A stretch of 61,315 nucleotides of DNA, counting the filler. It is 6 parts of 6 records of this genome, joined end to end, with 100 filler letters (N's around TTAATTAATTAA, not from the genome) between each part and the next. Parts side by side here need not be neighbours in the genome. Positions count along the whole stretch, not along the records: positions 24,497 to 37,325 come from SRR31156797_26558; positions 37,426 to 45,347 come from SRR31156797_26561; 4 more parts are not named here. The stretch is one strand, 5' to 3'. The notes beneath the pieces are model-generated. The model saw only the letters and a list, made by a program, of their open reading frames with translations, searched no databases and was not told where the DNA came from. How positions within the stretch are numbered: position 1 is the first letter of the stretch; each line of letters starts with the position of its first letter. Shown here one piece after another: positions 28,882 to 38,448 of this stretch. Both the position numbers and the translations under genes were made by a program.

Positions 28882-29715
28882 TCAGCCTTTTACGGCCCCG
28901 GCGGTCATACCCATGATAAGGCTTTTTGCCGCTGTAAACGTAAAGATAAAGGCGGGTATGGCGATGATCGTGGCGATGGCCGTGATCTTCCCCCATTCGG
29001 TTCCCGCATCCGTCAGAAAGAGGGAAACCGCAACCGGCAGGGTTCGTGTGTAACGGTTGGTCAGCACAAGGCTGAGGATGTACTCGTTCCAGGCGATACG
29101 GAAGGTGAAGATGCCCGCCACGGACATTCCCGGACCGATCAAAGGCAGAATGATCCTTCGGAATACGGTCCAGTCGGAACAGCCGTCGATGGTAGCCGAC
29201 TCGTCCAGCGAGTAGGGAATATCCGATATAAAGGTATTCAGAACCCAGATGTTAAAGGGCAGGTTCAAGGCGATGTACACCAGAACCAGTCCGATCCTCG
29301 TATTCGCCAGGCCGATGCCGTTCCATATGACAAATACAGGAATAACCAGGATCACCGGCGGAATCATCCGGAGAAGCAGGGTCAGAACGACGATCAGCTT
29401 CTTTCCTTTATAGCGGAAACGGGAAATGGAGTATCCGGCCAGGGCTCCGATGGCGACGCTGAAGAAGGTCGTGGAAAGAGCCACGATGATGCTGTTGACG
29501 AAGTAACGTCCGAAGTTGTTGCTGGTCAACACGCTGGCATAATTCTCGAAGGTGGGAACAAAGACCCACTTTGGAGGTATTGAGAAGGCCTCGACCTCAT
29601 ACTTCAGGGAGGTGGAGACCATCTCGTAAACCGGAAAAAGACAGAACACCGAGGCAATCAGGATAATTGAGAACAATATCCTTTTGTTTCTTTTTTTTCT
29701 TGCTGTAAGATTCAT
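28882..29715 (-). CDS. Carbohydrate ABC transporter permease (MalG-like)
   Basis: PTFENY, NSIIVA, EAA loop SLDESATIDG, AWNEY and GMTAGAVKG. The start is re-assigned to ATG 29715. Confidence 0.92.
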   Translation of the reverse strand: MNLTARKKRNKRILFSIILIASVFCLFPVYEMVSTSLKYEVEAFSIPPKWVFVPTFENYASVLTSNNFGRYFVNSIIVALSTTFFSVAIGALAGYSISRFRYKGKKLIVVLTLLLRMIPPVILVIPVFVIWNGIGLANTRIGLVLVYIALNLPFNIWVLNTFISDIPYSLDESATIDGCSDWTVFRRIILPLIGPGMSVAGIFTFRIAWNEYILSLVLTNRYTRTLPVAVSLFLTDAGTEWGKITAIATIIAIPAFIFTFTAAKSLIMGMTAGAVKG

Positions 29716-29723
29716 AGGACCTG

Positions 29724-30599
29724 TCACCTCTCCTCTTTCATGCTGTTTTTTACAAAGACAATGGACAAGACGGTGATGATAAACAACAGAACTACGGCCA
29801 CCGCGGAGGCCTTGCCCAAGCGCTGATCCGTAAAGGCTGTCTTGTAGAGATGGAGAGAGAGGATCTCGGTAGACATACCGGGTCCTCCGTTTGTCATGAT
29901 AAACATAACCACCAACCCGCGGAAGGCATCGATCAGCCGCAGAACGGCGGTGATGCCGATAACACCCGAGATGCAGGGAATCTTGATATGGATCAGGTTC
30001 TGAATATAGTTTGCCCCATCCACCTTGGCCGCATCGCTCAGATCCGACGGTATGCCTTGAAGGCCCGCCAGAAGCAGCAGGAAGACGAAGGGGGTCCACT
30101 GCCAGATGTCCGTCAGGATAATGGAAACCAGGGCCATATTCGGATCGGACAGCCAGCCCACCGGTTCCAGACCGATAAGCCCCAGAAAGTAGTTGATCTT
30201 TCCGTAGGACGGATTGTATAAGAACTTCCACACCACACCGACGACGACGGGGGCGATCATGACGGGCAGGATAAAGATGGTCCGGAACAGACGGAGTCCG
30301 GGAATCCCGTCTTCCAGCATCAGGGCGATGACCATTCCGAAGAACATCTCAAGGACGACAACGCTTACCGTAAAGATAAGGGTCACTTTAATGCTGGTAT
30401 GAAAATACTCGCTCTTGAAGATCTCCTGAAAGTTTCTCAGCCCGACGAAACCCGGCGCATTTCTGATATCCCGCAGGGACCACTCAAAAAAGCTCAAGCG
30501 GATACTGGAGAACACGGGCAGAACCATGACGGAGAAAAGAATAACAAGTGCCGGCAGGATAAAAAGATAAGGACTTGTCTTTTTATGAAGAAGGGGCAA
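29724..30599 (-). CDS. Carbohydrate ABC transporter permease (MalF-like)
   Basis: FVGLRNF, PVMIAPVVVG, DIWQWTPF and EAA loop DAAKVDGA. Confidence 0.92.
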   Translation of the reverse strand: MPLLHKKTSPYLFILPALVILFSVMVLPVFSSIRLSFFEWSLRDIRNAPGFVGLRNFQEIFKSEYFHTSIKVTLIFTVSVVVLEMFFGMVIALMLEDGIPGLRLFRTIFILPVMIAPVVVGVVWKFLYNPSYGKINYFLGLIGLEPVGWLSDPNMALVSIILTDIWQWTPFVFLLLLAGLQGIPSDLSDAAKVDGANYIQNLIHIKIPCISGVIGITAVLRLIDAFRGLVVMFIMTNGGPGMSTEILSLHLYKTAFTDQRLGKASAVAVVLLFIITVLSIVFVKNSMKEER

Positions 30600-30700
30600 G
30601 GGATTACCTCCTGACTAATACGGCCCGGCAGAAATACCGAGCCGCTGATATTATCATTTTAACTGACCCTCCCCTAAGGGGCGGGGAGGGGACGATAGAC

Positions 30701-32053
30701 TTACTTGATGTATCCGGCTCTCACCATGATCTCGCGGATGGGAGGGACGATGTCATCCATAGCTTCCTGGGGCTCTTTTTCGCCAGTCAGAACCTGATTG
30801 ACCGCAATGCCCATCATGTTATTGATCTCACCCCACTCGGGAATGATAGGTCTCCAGTCGGGGTTAACGTGGGGCAGCTGTTTGGCAAGTACTGCAAACT
30901 CGGGGTACTTCTCCTGCAGCATGGGATCTTCCACGGAAGACATTCTGAAGGGAGCTCCTCCGTTCTCGATAACCTTGCGCTCAACTTCCTTGCTGGTCAT
31001 CCACTGCATCAGCAGGAAGGCCGCTTCGGGATTGCTGCTGTTGGCGGGAATAGCCAGACCGAATCCGCCGGACTCGCTGAGTCGGTTGTGTTTCATGGGG
31101 TGCATGGCGTAACCGAGCTTGTCGGCGACCTTGGACTGCTTGGGATCTCTGGCCTTTCCGGCGAAAACACTGGCGTCCAGATACATGGCTGCATCACCCT
31201 GCAGGAAGGCCTGGAATTCGCCGTCCTGAGCAAAGCTGGTCATTCCCGGAGGGCCATAGCTGAACATCTCTTTCATCCAGTTCAAAGTCTCGATGGAAGC
31301 GGGAGAGTTCATAACGGGCTCCCAATTGTCATCGAAGATAGAGGCCTCAAAGGGAGAGGCGTGGAGCAGATAGGCGGCGTTGGCCTGATGTCCGGCGGCG
31401 CCGCGGCTGGTCATTCCGTAAACGCCGTCAACATTTTCATAGATATACTTGGCGGCTTCGAGAACCTCGTCATAGGTTTCGGGAACCTTGAGATTATGCT
31501 CTTCGAAGATGTCCTTTCTATAGATCATGATACTGGTTTCAGCGCCGAAGGGAACACCGTAGAGGGTGGCGCCGGGGCCGCCCAGATAGATTTTCTTTCC
31601 TCCGACGTAACCGGTGTTCTCTACATAGGCGGGGACCAGATCGTCAAAGTCATAGTCGGGATAAGCCAGTGAGGGATTCTCAAAGAAGGGTTCCAGAGGG
31701 GTCAGCATTCCGGCTGTGGCATACTCGGCCTTCCACATGCAAACCATGGAGATCAGGTCGTAGTCTCCCGAGGGCTTGCTCATTTCAAGAACCTGTTTGT
31801 CATGCATCTTCATGTACTGAAGAAGGTCGACTTCCACTTTGATTCCCGTCAGTTCTTCGAACTCAGGGATGAGGGGCATAAGGGCATTGTAGGTTACATG
31901 GTTGGGGAAACATGTAACGATGGTTTCGCCTTCGAACTGTCTCCAGTCGAACTCACCGCTTGCGCTAGCCTTTTGTCCCGCTTCCTGCTGACCGGCAGCA
32001 AAAAGAGTAAATGCCGTAGCTGTGATGATCAGAACAGCTAACATTTTTTTCAT
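30701..32053 (-). CDS. Sugar ABC transporter substrate-binding protein
   Basis: Spirochaete-style signal (LFAAGQQE), YRKDIFEE..VPETYDE and GGFGLAIP..NPEAA. AGGAGG RBS. Confidence 0.92.
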   Translation of the reverse strand: MKKMLAVLIITATAFTLFAAGQQEAGQKASASGEFDWRQFEGETIVTCFPNHVTYNALMPLIPEFEELTGIKVEVDLLQYMKMHDKQVLEMSKPSGDYDLISMVCMWKAEYATAGMLTPLEPFFENPSLAYPDYDFDDLVPAYVENTGYVGGKKIYLGGPGATLYGVPFGAETSIMIYRKDIFEEHNLKVPETYDEVLEAAKYIYENVDGVYGMTSRGAAGHQANAAYLLHASPFEASIFDDNWEPVMNSPASIETLNWMKEMFSYGPPGMTSFAQDGEFQAFLQGDAAMYLDASVFAGKARDPKQSKVADKLGYAMHPMKHNRLSESGGFGLAIPANSSNPEAAFLLMQWMTSKEVERKVIENGGAPFRMSSVEDPMLQEKYPEFAVLAKQLPHVNPDWRPIIPEWGEINNMMGIAVNQVLTGEKEPQEAMDDIVPPIREIMVRAGYIK

Positions 32054-32210
32054 AAGATCCTCCTGTTTTTTCCAGCGTATCCCGCTGAAACTTTTAATAT
32101 AAACCTGGGACCGTCACCGGCCCCGATCTAACCATTTTTCACTCTCTACCCTCAAGGCTGACGCAGCGCCCCTGAAGGGCCCGCAGTGCCGCAGACGTCT
32201 CAAGCTGTAG

Positions 32211-33275
32211 CTATAGAAGTGACTTGAAAGGCAGGTCCGGCTCTATGGCAAAGGCGTCTTCAAATCCCCTGGGGTAATGATACTCCATCTCATCCTTATC
32301 GTCGGGGAAGGTGAACTTGCCTCCCACCTGCAGGATATAGGGTTTGAATTTATACTTGAGGCGATCCTTCCTCATGTTCCACAGAACCTTGATTTCCGCG
32401 GGATCGGCCTGGAAGTTCGTCCATATGTCATGATGGAAGGGGATAACGACCTGGGTGTTCAGACATTCGGCCATCCGCAGTATGTCAACGGATGTCATCT
32501 TGTCGGTCATTCCTCTGGGATTCTCACCGTAGGACCCAAAGGCCACATCGATCTTGTGATCGTTACCATGCTTGGCATAGTAGTTGGAGTAGTGGGAGTC
32601 TCCGCTGTGATAGATATTACCGCCGGGGGTCTTGATAAGGTAGTTCACGGCCAGACGATCCATATCCTGGGGCATCTTGTCCTTCAGAATAACGCCCTTG
32701 GGCGCCGTAACCAGTTCGGTCCGGTCAAAAGAGTCCAGGGCGACGATCTCGATGTCTCCCACCCTGACCGTATCACCGGGCGTCACAATCCGGCAGCGCT
32801 CCTTGGGCACGCCCCAGCCTACCCAGAGATCCACACAGGCCTCGGGGCCTATAAAGGGAACATCTTCAGAGCAGTTCTGAAGCACCGCGGCCGCCACATT
32901 TTCATCGATATGATCACCATGATCATGGGTTGCCAGGATGGCGTCGACCTTCTTGATTCCGAAGGGATCCAGCACACAGGGAACGTTTCGCAGATTCGGC
33001 TGCAGTTTTTTACATCCGATCATTCTCTGATGCTGATGCTGATCCTTCATCCAGGGATTGGCCTGAGACCTCTTCCCCGTCTTGGTCCACAGATCGATGC
33101 ATATATTCGTATTCCCTTCAGATTTTATCCACATTCCCGTGCATGCCAGCCACCACATGGAGACAGTACCGGGCTTTACTTCTTCGGCTTCAATCTCTTC
33201 ATTGAGCCAGGTTCCCCATTCGGGAAAGGTATTGAGAATCCAGGATTCTCTGGTTATTTCATCAACTTTACTCAT
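32211..33275 (-). CDS. ulaG: L-ascorbate-6-phosphate lactonase
   Basis: [29 protein letters not shown]-terminus, [17 protein letters not shown] and PFHHDIW match the UlaG pattern. Confidence 0.95.
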   Translation of the reverse strand: MSKVDEITRESWILNTFPEWGTWLNEEIEAEEVKPGTVSMWWLACTGMWIKSEGNTNICIDLWTKTGKRSQANPWMKDQHQHQRMIGCKKLQPNLRNVPCVLDPFGIKKVDAILATHDHGDHIDENVAAAVLQNCSEDVPFIGPEACVDLWVGWGVPKERCRIVTPGDTVRVGDIEIVALDSFDRTELVTAPKGVILKDKMPQDMDRLAVNYLIKTPGGNIYHSGDSHYSNYYAKHGNDHKIDVAFGSYGENPRGMTDKMTSVDILRMAECLNTQVVIPFHHDIWTNFQADPAEIKVLWNMRKDRLKYKFKPYILQVGGKFTFPDDKDEMEYHYPRGFEDAFAIEPDLPFKSLL

Positions 33276-33323
33276 TAATATCTCCTGATAGACACATGCA
33301 GGTCTCTGATGCCTGTCTTAGTC

Positions 33324-33352
33324 ATAATCGCACCACAATGATCATATGTCAA
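33324..33352 (-). promoter_or_regulatory. Sigma70-type promoter for the ulaG-ABC operon
   Basis: On the minus strand: TTGACA (33352-33347), 17-nt spacer, and GATTAT preceded by TGn (extended -10). Confidence 0.55.
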
Positions 33353-33536
33353 CTTATTTCAATCATTTCGATCACATAAACAATCACAATATAGCGCCAA
33401 ACAAGAAGCCTTACCACCATATATATTTCCACAGCAACATTTTAAATATATAAAAAAGAAAATCAACCACCTGGTTAGATTCCATAAGAACAAATCAAAA
33501 CCTTGACAAAATGATTGTTTTGATTGTTTAATGATC
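33339..33536. promoter_or_regulatory. Candidate DeoR/UlaR operator repeats (TGATY / RATCA)
   Basis: TGATCA at 33339. RATCA at 33361, 33370 and 33382. TGATY at 33512, 33521 and 33532. They overlap or abut both divergent promoters. Confidence 0.55.
33503..33532 (+). promoter_or_regulatory. Sigma70-type promoter for ulaDEF-kinase operon
   Basis: TTGACA (33503-33508), 18-nt spacer, TTTAAT (33527-33532). AGGAG RBS follows. Confidence 0.6.
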
Positions 33537-33569
33537 ATAAAACAAATCGAAATATCTTAGGAGTTCACA

Positions 33570-34220
33570 ATGTCGTTACCCCTTTTACAAGTGGCGCTCG
33601 ATCACACGGACCTGCCTTCGGCGCTGGCAGCCGCCAAGGCACTGGAGAAGGACGTGGATGTTATTGAAGCCGGAACCATTCTATGCTATGCCGAAGGCGC
33701 TCAGGCCGTTGCCGCCCTCAGAGCCCTCCACCCCGAACATATCATCCTGGCCGACCTCAAGGCCGCTGACGCGGGTTCGGTGGTGGCAGACATAGTTTTC
33801 AGCAAAGGCGCCACCTGGATGACCTGTATCTGCAGCGCTCCTCTGGCGACCCTTGAGGCGGCGCTGAAGGTCGCCAGAGAACATAACGGCGATATCCAGA
33901 TGGAACTGTATGGAGACTGGACATTCGAACAGGCCAGACAGTGGAAAGAAATCGGCATTACCCAGACCATCTACCACAGAGGTCGCGACGCCGCAGCGGC
34001 GGGACAGTCCTGGGGAGGAGCGGACCTGGAAAAGATCCGCAAGCTGGCTGGAATGGGAATGGATGTTTCCGTAACAGGAGGTCTCAGCCCTGAGGATCTG
34101 GTTCTTTTCAAGGGAATCCCCGTGAAATGCTTTATCTCAGGCCGATCCCTTTACGGGGCCGGTGATCCCGCTGCCGCGGCCAAAGCGTTCAAGGCGGCCA
34201 TCAAGGAACACTGGGGCTGA
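33570..34220 (+). CDS. ulaD: 3-keto-L-gulonate-6-phosphate decarboxylase
   Basis: PLLQVALD, IEAGTILC, LADLKAADAG, YHRGRDA and SVTGG, in ula context. Confidence 0.93.
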   Translation: MSLPLLQVALDHTDLPSALAAAKALEKDVDVIEAGTILCYAEGAQAVAALRALHPEHIILADLKAADAGSVVADIVFSKGATWMTCICSAPLATLEAALKVAREHNGDIQMELYGDWTFEQARQWKEIGITQTIYHRGRDAAAAGQSWGGADLEKIRKLAGMGMDVSVTGGLSPEDLVLFKGIPVKCFISGRSLYGAGDPAAAAKAFKAAIKEHWG

Positions 34221-34222
34221 GC

Positions 34223-35092
34223 ATGAAAGAGAAGGACCTTAAGCTTGGGATCTACGAAAAGGCCCTCCCCTCCGCAACCGACTGGTCGGAAAAGATGGCC
34301 ATGGCCATTGAGGCAGGATTCGATTTTATCGAGCTGTCGGTGGACGAAAGTGACCAAAGGCTGTCCAGACTCGACTGGAGCAGAGAGGAGAGAAGGCATT
34401 TTCGCGCCCTTATGGACGATCACCGGATTACGGTCCCTTCCATGTGCTTCAGCGGACACAGGCGTTTTCCGCTGGGCAGCCATGATCCGGAGATACGCCG
34501 CAAAGCCAGAGAGATGAGCGAAAAAGCCATCCGGCTTTCCGTTGATCTTGGGATCCGAACCGTTCAAATGGCCGGTTATCCTGTATACTACGAAGAGGAG
34601 GACGAAGAATCCGTTAAATGGTTTATCCAAGGCCTCCATGAAGCTGTCGAGAGGGCCTCAAGAGAAAACGTTATGCTCGCCATGGAGATAATGGATACCA
34701 GATACATGAGTTCCATTACCCGTTTCCTGAACCTGAAGAGACAGTTCGACAGCCCCTGGTTTATGGTCTACCCCGATATAGGGAACCTGACGGCATGGGG
34801 CAACGATGTGGAGCAGGAACTTGAACTGGGCTTAGAACATATAACAGCCATCCACCTGAAGGACACCCTGAAAGTCACCGATGATTTTCCCGGACAGTTC
34901 AGGGACGTCCCCTTCGGCACAGGCTGCGTCGACTTTGCAGAAACCTTCCGCATCCTTAGCAGGCTGCGCTACGCGGGTCCCTTTCTCATTGAGATGTGGA
35001 CGGAAAAAGCCGAGAATCCCCGCGATGAAATCGTCGCGGCCAGGAAATGGATGATCGAGCAAATGAAAAAAGGGGGATTTGTGGATGATTGA
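34223..35092 (+). CDS. ulaE: L-ribulose-5-phosphate 3-epimerase
   Basis: [40 protein letters not shown] and IHLKDT. Confidence 0.94.
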   Translation: MKEKDLKLGIYEKALPSATDWSEKMAMAIEAGFDFIELSVDESDQRLSRLDWSREERRHFRALMDDHRITVPSMCFSGHRRFPLGSHDPEIRRKAREMSEKAIRLSVDLGIRTVQMAGYPVYYEEEDEESVKWFIQGLHEAVERASRENVMLAMEIMDTRYMSSITRFLNLKRQFDSPWFMVYPDIGNLTAWGNDVEQELELGLEHITAIHLKDTLKVTDDFPGQFRDVPFGTGCVDFAETFRILSRLRYAGPFLIEMWTEKAENPRDEIVAARKWMIEQMKKGGFVDD

Positions 35093-35777
35093 TTTAAAGA
35101 AGAGAGTCTTCGAAGCCAACATGGAGCTCCCCGAGAAAGGACTGGTCACCTACACATGGGGAAATGTCAGCGGCATGGACAGGGAACAGAACCTGGTCGT
35201 CATCAAGCCCAGCGGCGTAGCCTATGAGACCATGAAGGCCTCGGATATGGTCGTTGTCGATCTGGAAGGCAATGTCGTGGAAGGCGACTACAAACCCTCC
35301 AGCGACCTCGCCACCCATCTGGCCCTGTACAGGGCCTTTCCCGACTGTACAGGCATCGTCCACACACACGCGAGAAACAGCACCTCCTGGGCCCAGGCGG
35401 GTATGGATATCCCCGCATTGGGAACCACCCACGGGGACTATTTCTACGGCCCCATTCCCTGCACGCGAAAGATGACCCCTCAGGAGATAGGAGGGGAGTA
35501 TGAGAAGGAGACGGGAAACGTGATCATCGAAACGTTTCGGAACAGAGGGCTGGACCCCGCCATGATACCCGCCGTTCTGGTCTGTTCCCACGGGCCTTTT
35601 ACCTGGGGCAAAAGTCCGGAGGATGCGGTCCACAACTCCGTAGTCCTTGAAGAGCTGGCCTATATGGCGGCCACGACCCTTGCGATCAATCCCCGCTACT
35701 CCGATATGCAGCAAGAGCTTTTGAGCAAGCACTTTATGCGCAAGCACGGCAAGAACTCCTACTACGGACAGGGCTAG
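35085..35777 (+). CDS. ulaF: L-ribulose-5-phosphate 4-epimerase (AraD/UlaF)
   Basis: [31 protein letters not shown] and HGPFTWG. Start ATG 35085 overlaps ulaE. Confidence 0.93.
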   Translation: MIDLKKRVFEANMELPEKGLVTYTWGNVSGMDREQNLVVIKPSGVAYETMKASDMVVVDLEGNVVEGDYKPSSDLATHLALYRAFPDCTGIVHTHARNSTSWAQAGMDIPALGTTHGDYFYGPIPCTRKMTPQEIGGEYEKETGNVIIETFRNRGLDPAMIPAVLVCSHGPFTWGKSPEDAVHNSVVLEELAYMAATTLAINPRYSDMQQELLSKHFMRKHGKNSYYGQG

Positions 35778-35783
35778 AAAAGG

Positions 35784-37247
35784 ATGATCCTCTCGTTAGA
35801 CGCAGGAACCACTAGTATCAGGGGAATTCTCTTCGACGACAAAGGCGGTATACTCTACTGCAGTCAGAAGAAGACAAGCCCCGAATTTCCGGATGCCCTG
35901 AGGGTGGAACAGGATCCCCTTGTCTGGAAGGACGCCCTCTTCTCCATCCTCAACGATTGCGCCGCCTACAGCCGGGAGGGAAACCAGCCGATTGAGGCCG
36001 TTACGGTCACGGCGTTCCGCTCTCCCGTGTTCCCGGTCGACAGGCAGGGGAACCCTCTGATGCGGGCGATCATGTGGCAGGACAGGAGAACCGACGAGCT
36101 CTGCCGGGAGCTGGGCTCCATGAGCTCCCAGGTCTACGAGATCAGCGGGCTTCCTATCAAATCCGTTTTTTCCGCAGTGAAGATGCTATGGATACGCCGC
36201 AACGAGCCGGAGCTGTACGAGAGAAGCTATAAGTTCTGCGGCATCTACGACTATCTCATCTATCTTATGACCGGTGAGTTTGTCACAGACAAATCCATCG
36301 CCAGCCGATTCAACCTGTACAATCTGGAGTCTCAGACCTGGGACGAGAAGCTGCTGGATCTGTTCCGCGTAAGCCGGGAGAAACTGCCGCGGGTGGTCGG
36401 GCTGGCTGAATCCTGCGGCAGCCTTCTTCCCGAAGCGGCCTGCGGCCTCCCCCCCGGGATACCCGTCATAAGCGGGGGCGGCGACCAGCAGTGCGCCGCC
36501 CTGGGCCTGGGAATCGTGTCGACGGGACAGGTGGCCCTCAACACGGGGACGGGAGCCTATCTCATAGGGCTGTCTGATCGGCCTTACGCGGATCCGGACC
36601 AGGCGGTATTCAATAACATCGCGGCCGTACCGGGGATGTACATCAGAGAGGCCCAGATGATGACGGCGGGGACCGTATACCGCTGGTTCAGTGAGGTCTT
36701 CAGCGATCCCGGGACCGAAGAGAAAGAACGCTTCGCGGCGATAGATGCCGAGATTGCAGCGTCCCCGGCGGGGGCCGGGGGAGTCGTACTGATACCGCGC
36801 TTCAAGGGCGCCCGCACGGGGCCCGGTTCCATGGGAGCCTTCCTGAACCTGGGCCTGGAAACGAGCCGCGGAGATATGGCCCGTGCCGTTCTGGAAGGGA
36901 TAGCCCTGGAGATGGACGAACTGCTCAAGAAGATGGAACGGAATCAGCTTGTCGACGAGGTCTATGTTTCAGGCGGCATGACGCGCTTCCCCCTCTACAA
37001 TCAGATCCTGGCAGACGTATTGGAAAAGAAGGTGATAGCGGGAGAGGACGGAGAAGCGACGGCCAGGGGAGCCTGGATGAACGCCATGAGAGCTGTCCGC
37101 AGATTGAGTTCTTATGAAGGGCTTCTGCCGCAGAAGGGAAGATGCTATCTCCCGGATCCCGATAACAGCGCCGTCTATGATGAGGCCAGGCGGGACAGAA
37201 AGGTTTTTTCCGCCTGCATTCATGATCAGAGGGAGCCGTCTGGTTAA
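35784..37247 (+). CDS. FGGY-family carbohydrate kinase
   Basis: LDAGTTSIRG, EQDP, MWQDRR, GGGDQQCA, RAVLEGIA and VSGG. Confidence 0.92.
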   Translation: MILSLDAGTTSIRGILFDDKGGILYCSQKKTSPEFPDALRVEQDPLVWKDALFSILNDCAAYSREGNQPIEAVTVTAFRSPVFPVDRQGNPLMRAIMWQDRRTDELCRELGSMSSQVYEISGLPIKSVFSAVKMLWIRRNEPELYERSYKFCGIYDYLIYLMTGEFVTDKSIASRFNLYNLESQTWDEKLLDLFRVSREKLPRVVGLAESCGSLLPEAACGLPPGIPVISGGGDQQCAALGLGIVSTGQVALNTGTGAYLIGLSDRPYADPDQAVFNNIAAVPGMYIREAQMMTAGTVYRWFSEVFSDPGTEEKERFAAIDAEIAASPAGAGGVVLIPRFKGARTGPGSMGAFLNLGLETSRGDMARAVLEGIALEMDELLKKMERNQLVDEVYVSGGMTRFPLYNQILADVLEKKVIAGEDGEATARGAWMNAMRAVRRLSSYEGLLPQKGRCYLPDPDNSAVYDEARRDRKVFSACIHDQREPSG

Positions 37248-37255
37248 GGAAAGAT

Positions 37256-37284
37256 TTGACAGCAAAAGCTAAACTTTCTATCAT
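37256..37284 (+). promoter_or_regulatory. Sigma70-type promoter before a truncated ORF (ATG 37291)
   Basis: TTGACA (37256-37261), 17-nt spacer, TATCAT (37279-37284). Confidence 0.6.
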
Positions 37285-37325
37285 TCAGTCATGAAATCCA
37301 TCCTCCATAAATTCAGTCGAATCGA

Positions 37326-37425
37326 NNNNNNNNNNNNNNNNNNNNNNNNNNNNNNNNNNNNNNNNNNNNTTAATTAATTAANNNNNNNNNNNNNNNNNNN
37401 NNNNNNNNNNNNNNNNNNNNNNNNN
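37326..37425. other. Artificial contig linker
   Basis: Same 100-nt spacer. Confidence 0.98.
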
Positions 37426-38054
37426 TTTTTAACTAAAAACTCAAAAGTTATTTCATTTGAATTTTCAAAAAATTTCAGTACTTTCTCTTCTAATACCGAT
37501 TCAGGTATTCCCAAAACTAAAATATCTTTAATAAATACTTTGTTTTGAAGACTAAATTTTTCAGAAAAATAATCTAAAAATTTAGGAAACATATTCTTTA
37601 ATTCAACAGGAACTCCGGGAAAAGCAACTATTTTGTTATAATAAAAAGCCGGTGCAATTCCTGGTTCATTTAAAAACACAACACTATCTTTTATTACCAT
37701 AGCTTCTTTTTCATTTTTCTTTAAAACAGGAATATTTCTGGCAGCAAATTTTTTCTCCATATTTTCATAATGAAGTTTATCAATAATAAGCTCTTTATTT
37801 AAATACTCAGCAATAGCATCTTTTGTTAAATCATCAATTGTCGGTCCAAGCCCACCTGATAAGATCACTATATCAGATATATTATACGCGTAATCAATAG
37901 CTTGATTTATATTTTTTTTAATATCTCCAACAACTGTTTTTCCAACTATCTCTATTCCTCGTTTATTTAACTCTTCTGCCATATAGATACTGTTTGTATC
38001 TATCATCATTCCGTTTAAAAGTTCCGTTCCAACTAGAATCAAATATGCTTTCAT
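37426..38054 (-). CDS. cinA: CinA-family protein, N-terminal part (3' truncated)
   Basis: VGTELLNG..IDTN, VVGD, SGGLGPTIDDLT, NEPGIAP and FPGVPVEL. Confidence 0.92.
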
Positions 38055-38059
38055 AATTA

Positions 38060-38431
38060 TTATTCTCCCAGTATCTCTTTTGTTTTTGCCAGTAAAGCTT
38101 TCGGACTAAAAGGTTTCGTCAGGTAATCAGTAATACCATACTGTTTTCCCTCTTCCTGATAACTATCCTGACCTTTCGCTGTTAATATAATAAAAGGAAT
38201 CTCTTTAGTATCTTCATTCTCTCTTAGTAACTTACAAAACTCAAGTCCGGTTACATTAGGCATCATCAGATCAGATATAATCAGATCAGGTTGCTCTTTT
38301 TTAGCAAGCTCAAATCCCTCTTCACCATCTACTGCCGTAACTACTTCATACTTCCCTTTTTTCTCCAAATTAAATTTAACAATTTGAAGAATATGTTTCT
38401 CATCATCTGCTATAAGTATTTTTTTTGCCAT
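38060..38431 (-). CDS. Single-domain response regulator
   Basis: ILIADDE, PDLIISDLMMP, ILTAK and YLTKPFS. No output domain (123 aa). Confidence 0.93.
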   Translation of the reverse strand: MAKKILIADDEKHILQIVKFNLEKKGKYEVVTAVDGEEGFELAKKEQPDLIISDLMMPNVTGLEFCKLLRENEDTKEIPFIILTAKGQDSYQEEGKQYGITDYLTKPFSPKALLAKTKEILGE

Positions 38432-38448
38432 TTATCTCTCCCATACAT

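Noticed and set aside
28882-30231. Apparent 449-aa permease with a long N-terminal extension
   Set aside because: The extension overlaps the upstream permease in another frame. The real start is ATG 29715.
27800-33278. Long plus-strand ORFs (27800-28843, 30575-31672, 32277-33278)
   Set aside because: Antisense shadows of the URO-D, binding-protein and ulaG genes.
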